Positions 1-11,000 of a DNA stretch of 63,204 nt are shown in pieces. Positions within the stretch are counted from its first letter, which is position 1. Every line of letters starts with the position of its first letter. This stretch comes from Thalia democratica (lineage: Eukaryota), in NCBI GenBank assembly GCA_965202585.1, contig CBDBBG010000051.1, positions 62,001-125,204 of the forward strand, read 5' to 3'. The notes under the pieces were generated by a model that saw only the letters and a list, made by a program, of their open reading frames with translations, searched no databases and was not told the DNA's origin. The position numbers and the translations under genes are program-made.

Positions 1-1334
1 TTTGTAATACTAAGCTTTTACTTGTGTTGGGTATCTTGATAAAAATTTTCTTTTTATATAAATTAGTTTGTCTGTTTGTACTTAAAAGAATTTATAATTA
101 GTTGTATGGTTTGAAAGTTTCAATGAGTTTAAAGATAAATTTAAGTTAATATAAATGAAACATTTTAGACCTCACAGCTCACAAGTAGTTAATGTTCATA
201 ACTTTTCAAAAACAGACTAAGTTCTAAGACATAATTAGTCTAGCAACATAAAAAGTTTTTACAGCAGTATTATATCAGCACTTATTTAATTAAATAAACC
301 AAATAAATGAGTTATGAAAAATTTAAACCGATAATATTTGTGGCTTAAAACTGAACTTGAACAATTTCAGAAATATCTTAATATAATGATGGCACAATCA
401 TTCATGAATATTTTGATAATTGTGTCTTTATTTAGCATTCACTCACTATGAACAATGTGGCTTTTTATTTTCTACCTGCTTCAAAAAGTTGTTATATCAG
501 TGACTACAAAAACTCAGTAGTTTTGGCAAATATGGCAAAACGATTGAAACTAAATTATAACTAAAATGAGTTTGCAAAAGTAAAGTGTAATGATATTACC
601 TGATGAAAATAAAGGCTTTAAGCTAAATATAATTAATCTTATGCAAATTGTTAAGTAATAAACATGTTTAAAGAAAATAGAAAAAAAAAAATTGTAAAAT
701 TTAGAGTTGAGAACTTAGTTTATACTTTTTTATGAAGTTGTCAATGTAGTTTATATGAGCACAATGAATTACTGTAGCTTAAATATTAAACAATACGTTC
801 AACCAATTATCTTTACTGCAGTAAAAAATGTAGAAATTAAGAAAAACTTCAAAAGAACAAACTGAAATGAAAATAAAATATAAACAATTTATTTTTTACC
901 AAAAAAAAAAGTATCTAAGGTTTAACATTATGTAAAATAAAAAGTATTTAGTGATCGAAAAAGCTAAAAACCACCCTGCTGTGCTAAGATAGTGTTTCAA
1001 TTTGTAGTTTTTATGAATTTTGTAAAATCTTACATTTTAATGTGACATCACAACTAAATAGTGTTTTGCAAAATTATTTTTTTCAATGAATATTCATTTG
1101 AGAAAAGCACTTGTAGTAAAAACAGCTCTAGATGCTGTAAGTGTAAAGTAACTCTAAATCTTTTTTTTTCTTTTTTATACTGTCTATGTGAGCTACTTAA
1201 GCAAACTCTATTTGATTGTCAATATTCTTGAAGATAAAACTTGATAGTTGTGGCTCATTTTATCTTCTAAAAATCTTATGTTTGTACATTGTGTGAGTAA
1301 GTTTAAGAAAGCATTTGACCTAGTTTGGGAACCA

Positions 1335-1880
1335 ACAGTCTTGAAAGTTTATGTTGATAATCTATACTATTTCTCATGCAAATTCTTTAAAAAATGTTTT
1401 TAATTTATCTTCTAATTCATCATATAATGCATTCATTGTACTTACAGTCTTGAAAGTTTATGTTGATAAAATATACTATCTCTCATGCAAATTCTTTGAA
1501 AAAAGTCTTTATTTTATCTTCTAATTCATCATATAATGCATTCATTGTACTTACAGTCTTGAAAGTTTATGTTGATAATCTATACTATTTCTCATGCAAA
1601 TTCATTGAAAAAGTCTTTATTTTATCTTCTTATTCATCATATAATGCATTCATTGTACTTACAGTCTTGAAAGTTTATGTTGATAACATATACTATCTCT
1701 CATGCAAATTCTTTGAAAAAAGTCTTTATTTTATCTTTTAATTCATCATATAATGCATTCATTGTACTTACAGTCTTGAAAGTTTATGTTGATAATATAT
1801 ACTATTTCTCATGCAAATTCTTTGAAAAAATTCTTTATTTTATCTTTTAATTCATCATATAATGCACTCATTATACTTAC
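1335..1880. repeat. Minisatellite, about 5 x 109 bp
   Basis: ACAGTCTTGAAAGTTTATGTTGATAA recurs at 1335, 1444, 1553, 1661 and 1770 (periods 109/109/108/109). Confidence 0.95.
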
Positions 1881-4110
1881 ATGATGCTATAAAAAAATCA
1901 TCAAGAGGCTTTAAAAACTTGCATCTCAGTCTTTGAAATCTTTAAAACATCATTGTAAAGTGAACTGAGTAGAAAAAATTTAAAAGAATTCTTTTGAAAA
2001 TCTTTTGAACTTCTGTAAAATTTTAAAACTTCTAGGTTGTTTCAAATCCTTTGTCTTTATAAGTTGTAACTGTAGCTTTCTCCTCCATGTTGGGTTTAGG
2101 CAATGGATCACACTTTTTTGGATTCTGATTGAAGATTAGTACCTACTACAGCAGCTGTTGAGGTTAGTTTGTTTAATAGTTAATCAGGTTGTTTTAATTT
2201 GTGCAAAACTTAGTATTTTTTGCTAGGGTTACCAGTCAGACTATTGAATATCAAAGTTAAGGATTTTTGGATATTATAATAAAACTTGATATTTTGTCTC
2301 AACTTTTTACTTATTAATATTTGAGTCCTTTTGTTACTATTAAGTTTTTGGAGTGCTCATCCTTGAATAACATAAAGCTTTAGATGTTAATTAAGTTTTG
2401 CACAAATTCAGACTAGCACTTTTATTAACAGAATGGTAATCTTGGTTTGTACCATTAACGTATATTTGTCTTGTTGGGCTTCATTCTCCTAAGATTACTT
2501 GGCTACCTCAATAAAAAGCTTAAAGAAGACTCAAAAATAAATAAAATCATTAAAAAGTAGCAACATTTGTGTTAAAATTTATGAGCTTGTATAAAGAAGT
2601 GTTGTATTCATGAATGAAGCTCAAAGAGACAGTAAGCTAAATGTAGAAGTTTATTTACAACATAAAATTCAAGTTAATTAATTTTGATTGTATTAATGTA
2701 GTTTATATATTCATAGATTAATGATTTGTAAAAAGAAGTACTTCTTAAATTGTGCATAAAAGATAAGTAGCAAGAGTAATTATAAAACAAAGTGTTATTA
2801 GTTTCATAGATTGTTTTTTTTACAAAAGAAAACAGTTAAACCATATCAGGATTAGGTTTGCTAGTAAACAAAATGTTCCAAAATTGTAAGTTTACATTCA
2901 TATATTTACAAAGCAGTTCACAGCAAGCAAAATTTAAAAGTTGTTAGTGCATATGTGTATTGGGTTTATTCTTACCTTTGTTTAATTTTTTTATTCTTCT
3001 ATCACTAACTTCTTTCTCTTCTTTTATCTATCAATAATTTCTTTTGTTCATATGTTTGCACTAATAAGCTTTTGACAACAACTTGCTGTACTGTTTTTTA
3101 TGTATATGACAAATTTAAAGACTAAATTTTGGGAATACTATAAATATTAGTTTAATAGAGCCATGAAGATTTTAAGTGATGTTAAATGCAGAGTATTTAA
3201 GATGCAAGTATTTGACAAAATTTAAAATGAACTACATGCTACCAAACATATGTTATTGACACAAAGTAGTATGGTTTAACTGTTTTAGTTTGTGACAATG
3301 TATAAAAAAGATAAATTGAAATCAGAAAATGTCTTTATTTTATATGCACAATTTAAGAAACAGACAATAAGTTGTTTTAATTCAATTGTTAGTACACTAA
3401 GCATTCAAAGTTTAAGTCTATTATTAAATATATGAAGTAAATTAAAGACTACCAGTTAGTAAATAGTAATGGTAGTAAAAGTGCATGAGAAACCTTTGTA
3501 GTTAATAGATTGGTAGATAGTTACTTAACAATTAGCCCAACGTAACTGTCATGGAAAACTTTAGCTTATGTAAGTTACATGTAAAATGATATCCTGTAGT
3601 AGGAACAGTACAAAACTGAAGTTAAACAAAAAAAACAAACAATTTTTTACATTATGTTCTTTGACAAAAACATATTTGTTACTGAAATCTAAATAAATTC
3701 AACCTGTTTAGTTGAATCTTAAGTGTTTATTTATTTTTGAATAACTAAAGTTTTATACTGTTTTGAATAGATTATAAAAGTAAATCAATTTACGTAAGCA
3801 AGTTAACTGACTATTGTTTGAATATAAATAGAGTACAGTTCAATCATATAAATAGATTTGTGTATGTACACATTTAAAAAATCTGTAGTTTCATATTAAT
3901 CTTTCTTTTTTTATTTGCTTTATTTTCTGTCATTGAAAAGCACACCTATCTATGAGATTGATGAACTGTTTTCTATGTACATGTAAAACATTAGGTAATT
4001 AACTAGGATAATGTAATATCTTAAACTATATTCATTTAATTTAGGCTGTACTAAACCATAACTAAAGAATGCAATTATAACTAAGTCAATACATCTATAA
4101 GGTTTATTCT

Positions 4111-4356
4111 AAGAAGTACGCACCCGCATTAAGTACGCACTAAATTTTTTTATTTCACATTCCCTGTTACAAGTAAAGGTTATTTTTAAGAAGTACGCAT
4201 CCACGTAAGGTACGCACTAAATTTTTAAGCCCCCACACCCATATTTTCAAAAATGGGGAATCCCCCAAACCGAAAACATAGTGAGATTTATTGATGGAGA
4301 TTATTTAAATTTATTTTTTAAGGCATTTCGCCGGCTCCGCCGGCGAAAAATTTTTC
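4111..4356. mobile_element. Probable DNA-transposon end fragment (also 31953-32198 and 59795-60040)
   Basis: GC-richer island with a duplicated AAGAAGTACGCA...GTACGCACTAAATTTTT motif (4111, 4188) and the palindrome TTCGCCGGCTCCGCCGGCGAA. No matching second terminus was found. Confidence 0.4.
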
Positions 4357-4627
4357 ACATTTTTCCTTTTCCCTTTTTCTCCACGGCCTTACTTCTTGAA
4401 GGCCACCTTTTTCTGTCAAATGGACCGTGAGTAGCGTAACTGTCAAACAAATATGTGTTGTATTTGTACGGTCTTTATCTGTTATCTTTTACTAACCTTG
4501 AGCTTATATGATCTAATTTATCAATGTATAACCATTAAAGGCCTGACGGTAATATCGGTTGATAGTTTATTAATTATTGACTGAGTGGTTTTGTATTGGT
4601 GAGTTTGAAAAGTAAGTTTTAGGTAGC

Positions 4628-4732
4628 GGACAAGAATTAAAAAAAAACAAAGGGCTACGGCCGGTCGATGACACGGTGCTTCGCACCTGTCATCTCTCCG
4701 GCCTGCCCTTAGTTTTTTTTTAATTCTTGTCC
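4628..4732. repeat. 105-bp fold-back inverted repeat
   Basis: 21-bp perfect outer stem GGACAAGAATT-A9-C / G-T9-AATTCTTGTCC, then stems AAGGGC/GCCCTT, GGCCGG/CCGGCC, GATGACA/TGTCATC and GGTGC/GCACC around a TTC loop. Confidence 0.92.
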
Positions 4733-4735
4733 TTT

Positions 4736-7700
4736 AGGCCCGGTTACTCTGCTGGTCGGCACCCCTTTTAGTTATGACTTGGATGTACGAGTAAGTGTGC
4801 TAGTACTTCTAAGTCATAACTAAACTTAGTTTTCACTTAAAGTTAAGTTATAACAGACTAATTTCAGTAAATATTTACGCCTTAATTTGTATAAATAATT
4901 TTTAAAATTACACACTAACAAAATACTGTTTTTGTACAACATACTATTTTCACTCTATCGTTGTATGAAAGATAACAAATAAAGCCTTCTACAAATTACT
5001 CATAGGCGTAAGTAGATTACTTACTGAGTTTTAAGCGTTGTCAGTCTAAAAAGTGATGGGGCAAAATATGCTATTATTATTAGTTAATGTAATACATTGA
5101 GTTCTTAACAGTACAAATCATATACTTTTGTAAGTAATGTTGGCAATATAGTGTGTATGTCACTTATATAGAAACTAAACAAAAGTTTTCAATTTACATA
5201 AGTAAATACTTACGTCTTAATTTGTATAAATAATCTTTAAACTTATACACTAACAAAATACTGTTTTTGTCCACAATTTTTCAAGTAATTTTGTGTTTTT
5301 TATTTTTGTGTATCACAATTATTACGTCATAACCAGTTAGTCTCATACTGTATAGACTTAATAATCTTTACTAACACTACAGTTGTGTATTTGATTATAG
5401 TTTATTTAGTTGTGTTTTAAAATGCTCTAAACTTTCAAGTTAGCAAGAGCAACTTATTTATTTTATAAATACAGACATTAATAAGATTAGTTATATACAA
5501 ATAATAAGTATTGGATAAGGTGTATCTTAATTAAACTAATACATGTAAGTCTTAAAGTTTTATTGCTACGTAAAGGTTAAATCAAAATTACAATCAACTC
5601 TTAATACTTAATCAGTAAGTATCATCTTGTTAACTATAAATTTAAAACATTAAACTGTTTCTTTCAAGTAGTAATTGCAATTCAAATAAACATTTCGGTT
5701 AACCTTGTTGATGTTTTCAAATAAAGAAGACATTTCGTCTATGTAAAATAAAAGGTAAATTTTTTCTCTCAACTGTAGAAATACCTCGGCTTCTGCCTCA
5801 CATTCTTATTATTATACTTCTTTTTTAATATACTAGTTTTAATACAGGTCAACTTTATTCTTGTCATCAAAAATGTACTTCTAACTAAACAATGTCAAGT
5901 TCTTTGGGAATTTTATTGTATTTAAAATCTACCTTATAAATCCTGTATAACTAATTTTATATTTATCTCCACAATAAGAACAGTTAACTAACTTCTTCTG
6001 CTATGTTTTTATCGCCGATCTTTTCTCAACATTTTTGAAATTTCTTATTTCTTTTATGACCAATATAAAGTTCAATACAATTAGGTAACTGTTCTTTAGT
6101 TCTGATTTTTTAATTTCTGCAATATCCTTGTTGAAATAAATGACTTAATCAATAAGTTATTTAGCATAATATAATAGTTTTATATCAGTACTATTTTATT
6201 AAACTTTGGTAGTTTTTTAATTTACCTATTAGTTTTATTATTAGTGAATTAGTATTTTAACTTTTAGTATAAACTCTTGATATTAATTAATTTTTCGTAA
6301 ATTCTCGGTTGAATTAATCATTTTATCATCTTGTTGAGATACTATTTTATTTTTAGTTTATTTCCTTACTGTTTCTAAGCTTGTAGGATTAGTTCTTAAA
6401 CATTTTGGTTTGTTTAATTATATTGAAGTTGCTGCAATTATATTGAAGTTAAAGCAATTTATTTCGGGGTTTTCCAAACCAATTTCTAAATTTTACCCTT
6501 GGCACGACTTAAAAAAATAAACTCCCTTTACTGTTGAATTACCCATTTACGTTTTCAATTTCTCACTGTTTTTTGCCCCCTATAAAGGGCGATATTGTCC
6601 GCTTAAGAAAAACTCTGATCTAAACAACTTCCATTCCGTTTTCTATTACTAGCTTTTCCAACGATTGGGGTTTCAGTTTAACGTCATTAAAGTAACTGTA
6701 ATTTTAATTTTTTATCTGCTACTAAAAATCCAAAAGCAATTAAATGCACTAATTTGATATTTTATTCTTTTGTAATAATGTTTTAGTCACCAATAATGAT
6801 TTAAGCGCTTAAAATAGGTCCTAAAAAAGGATGAAGAGTTATTTACGCCACGCCAACTCACTTCTACTACTTTGATCTGTTTTGCTATTGTTCTTTAAGC
6901 CCCGTCACTCTGTTTGTTGGCACCCTATGACTTGGATGTACGAGTGAATGTGCTCGTACTTCTTAGCGCAACTAAACTTGATTTTAACAGGGCTGCCACT
7001 TTACCTGGAAAAACCTGGAGTTTGACAATTTAGGCAAAAACCACTTAAAATAGTATGGAATTTCTAATGGTTTATATGTGTTTAGTAGTAAAATTTTGAT
7101 TTTACTCAAAACATCTATCATATAAATAGAAAAGTTTTTTCATAATAAAACTTTTTATTTGTTAAAAAACATACTTAAAGTAGCTTTACAGTATCTTTTT
7201 AATATTTCTATACTACTTAACACAGTTTCTTACCTTAAACTTAACTTTAAACTAAAAATAGACCCAAAAATGTGTATTTTTAAAATCCTGAAAGAAATTC
7301 GAAAAACTTTTTAAAAACGAGTGGCGACCCTGTTTTGATACTAATATTTAAATCATTGAGTATAACAGACTAATTTCACACCACGTTGTATTTATTGATG
7401 ACAGATAAAGCTTGTACATGTTACTCATGAGCGTAAGTAGATTACTTACTTAATTTTAAGCGTCGTTTGTCTTTAAAAAAAGTGTTTGGGCAAAAAATGC
7501 TATAATTGTTAGTTAATGTAATACATTGCATTCTAAAAAGTACAAATCATATACTTTTGTAAGTAGTATCTTTGCAATATTGTGTGTAGGATATTTATGT
7601 CACTTAGATGGAAACAAAGCTAAATTTTTCCATGTACATTTCCCGTTTACATAAGTTAATGTTTACGTCTTAATTTGTGGAAATAAATTTTGGCCATCTT

Positions 7701-8070
7701 TAAAAATTAGACACTAACGAAGTACAGTTTTTGTCCACAATTTTTCATGTATTTTATTATTTTTATTTATTTATAATCGTTACGTCATAACCCGGTAGTC
7801 TTATACAGTTTAAACTTGGTAATTTTTACTAACACTATATTTGTATATGTAATATGCATATTATGTTAATAATTAATACAGACACTAACTTATTTAGTAA
7901 ATTAATTAAACTAGCTCTTAATACTTAATCATTAATTAACATCTTGTTGCGCTGGTTTATATGACTATTTCTAGTTTTATGTCACAAACAATATATGTTA
8001 ATATCTATAAACTTAAAAGATTAAACTGTCTTTTCAAGTAATAATTACAGTTCAAATATACATCCCACTT
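4736..8070. repeat. Diverged direct repeat pair (about 4736-5690 and 6898-8070; also 32578-35912 in copy 2)
   Basis: Shared blocks in the same order: ATGACTTGGATGTACGAGT (4774/6927), TATAACAGACTAATTTCA (4849/7361), GCGTAAGTAGATTACTTACT (5007/7431), AGTACAAATCATATACTTTTGTAAGTA (5111/7539). Confidence 0.88.
6988..7332. mobile_element. Non-autonomous hAT-type MITE (345 bp)
   Basis: TIRs CAGGGCTGCCACT / AGTGGCGACCCTG (reverse complement CAGGGTCGCCACT). It is absent from the homologous site near 4840 in the first repeat copy. No clean 8-bp TSD. Confidence 0.75.
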
Positions 8071-11000
8071 AGAGGCTTTATGAGTTATTGTTTAATGTTA
8101 TTATTCAGCTGTAGTATATGTTGTGCCATTTAAGTTTTTGGTCTACAAGGTTGTGTATATCATACATTATTTTTGCTAATGTCTTATCTAATCACAAACT
8201 TGCTGTTAAGTCACTTTAAAAGAATTGAATCTTCTTAGTTTGTATGTTTGAAAGAGCATCAATTTAATATAAATAACTCGGCCGTAACACTGTTCTGTTC
8301 ATATTTAAAATAACAAAAGAATTTTACCTATTATATAGTTAATTCCAATTATTAATAAATATTTTACCTTATGTCTCAAACAATAAACGGTTTTTAAAAA
8401 ATAAAATCGATATGTATGACCTTATTTTACACTAATATAATGACTCTAAACCAAATACTTATAAAACTATGCCAATTAAGTAACCATTTCAATTTCGAGG
8501 TCGTATTTTATTTTAATTGTTTAGTTGTTTATAGTGCCATTTAGTTTTATAAGATTGTATAAATAATGATCTTATTTTCTGTCAATTAGTTTGAAAATTT
8601 CCTTAGTTTTACATGTTTTAAAGCTCGTTTACTTGGTTTTAACTTTTCTGAATCTATATTTTTTTACTGTACTTTTTTTGAAATTTATATATAAAGAAAG
8701 GTTAAAAAACTGTGATGGGGATTTATGTAGCCTTATATTCTTTAGTTTTAAATCATTTACGGGTCAATCTAAGTCTTACCAACAAAAAACGAATCATGTT
8801 TTAGTTAATGTTTCATTAGTTATTACTGTAGAATTACTTGAAAGTTTGTTTAAAAAAAATTGGTTTTTCATGAGTTTGTTCTAAAGTTTGTTTATAAGTC
8901 TAATTCGTTATTATATTCTAAGTTTATTTTTTTCTTGATTTAATTCTACTTCGATAAATTTTGGTTTAAAAGTGAGTTTTATAGTATAAAGTGTGTTTTA
9001 CTCATGGTTTAGCTATATTTTTAGTTAACACTTCATTGTTTTGTTGGTGTTTCTGTACAATAACTTTACAACTTAAATACCATGGTTTATTTGAAAACTT
9101 TTCCACGGGTTCTCTTTAGTTAATAATATTTGTAAATAGTTTTAGTTCTTTTAGATGCAAGTAATTAAGCATTTTCTCTTAAGCGCAAATAATTTTCAAT
9201 CAAGTTCAAATTTCTCATGATAAACGTCTTAGTTTGTCCACATAAAACTGTATGCATTTAAAAAGTAACGAAATATCTTTTTTTATCCATTTAGTTTAGG
9301 TGTTTTAGTTGAAATTCATTTAGTCTTATTACACACTATTATAACGTCATCATATAGTCTTATTAAGTATGTTATTTTTCTCTAAATTTTAATAACATAT
9401 GCTTTAAAGTGTCAAGATGTATTAATGAAGAGCTTCTTTTAATGTTTTATCATTCACGTTCTAGTTTTTTCTTAGTTATTGTTATTCGTTTGTTAATTAT
9501 TACACTTGTTTTTGTTTATTATTAATGATCTGTAGATGATCTACTTGGTTGGTTTGATTTTGGATGCAATTAAACGTTAGTATAGTAGAAATCTACGCAT
9601 GTGTTTATACTTAATTTAAGTGAAGCAGTTGTTTACGGATTTGATACTGTTTTCCTTTAATTTCACTTCATAACTACAAATAATCCTGCTTTGTACTACC
9701 TTATCTACTTAGACTATTTACTCTACATCTAATTTTACTAAAAAAGTCTGTTTATTACCAATATAAAATTCAATTGAATTCCTAAATCTAGTTTTTAAAT
9801 GTCTGCATCATACTTGTTTAAACGAATTGCTTACCTTACAAAGTATTAACTAAAGATTTTAGTTTTAAATGAACCAACTTTTACTAAGCATTCAGCGTTC
9901 AATTGACAATGGTATTATGGCAACTCTAGTTCGTAAATTTGCCCTACTTTTGTCAATATTTACGTTATTCAATCATTTCAATTTGAATAAATATTTTTTT
10001 AGCATAGAGCTTTGAGTTAAGATTCATGTCTTATTCGTAATTAAATATACTTATTCTCAACAAGACTAAAATTAGATTTAATTTCGTATTTTTAGTTGGT
10101 ATAAAACTGTTTTGTTCGTATTACTGTGATGTTAACTAAAATTTTCTTTAACTATGGTTTCTCTTTAATCAATCTAATACAGACATATATATTTTTTGTA
10201 CTATTCTCCTATTATTTTCAGAACGTACTGATTTTTAAATTAAAGTTTGCTCTTAGTATTTTATCATTAACTGTCATCTTGTCGCGCTGGTTTATATGAC
10301 TATTTCCAGATTTATTCTTAAACAACATTTAAGTTAAACTCACAGATAATAATTACAGCTCGAATATACTTCCTATTTAAAAGCTTTGTGATTTTTTAGT
10401 CTTAGTTTCACGTCCTGTAAAATGTATTAAGTCTTCTACCGCCAAACATTATATGTGTCTCTAAATTTGAAAATTTAACGATAGCCAACTTAACTTATGT
10501 CTTTATTATAATCAAGGCCAGTTCAGAAACCGTTTTAATTTTGGGGTCTAGTTTAGTTGTTGTTTACAGTAATTTTGATAATTCCATATAGAGCCAAGTT
10601 TTTTTTTGTATTTCATACACAATGGTCTTGTCTAAGTTGTATTTTTGGAAAATAAATACTACTAAATTTCTAAAAATAAGTACTACATTTTGAGTCTTAT
10701 GAAATCTAAACTGTTTGGTTTAACAATGCCTCAATATTTTATGCATGTTTCAATAACTAAAACAGTTAACTAAATGTTATGTTTTATTGCCCATCTTTTT
10801 TTAACGATTCTGACTATTCATACTTCTTCTGTTTATCACCAATATAAAACCAAATGGAATTAGGCAAATGTTTCTTATTTCTCGTTTTAAAGTCTGCAAG
10901 TTTTCCAAATGTAACTACTTCGTTGTAGCACTCAATGTAAACAATGTAGTTTCTTCTAATTTTATAGGGACGTTTACCATTGGATAAGTATTGACTTAAA

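Noticed and set aside
1460-1741. 93-aa ORF with an internal repeat (also 29302, 57144)
   Set aside because: Starts at a non-ATG codon and simply reads through the 109-bp minisatellite.
1335-1880. CRISPR-like appearance of regular repeats (also 12921-13800)
   Set aside because: Units are contiguous with no unique spacers, the context is eukaryotic, and there are no cas genes.
2977-3090. Minus-strand exon-like segment with AAAG|GTAAGA donor
   Set aside because: All three frames contain stops and no homology is recognisable; kept only as a possible UTR exon with no support.
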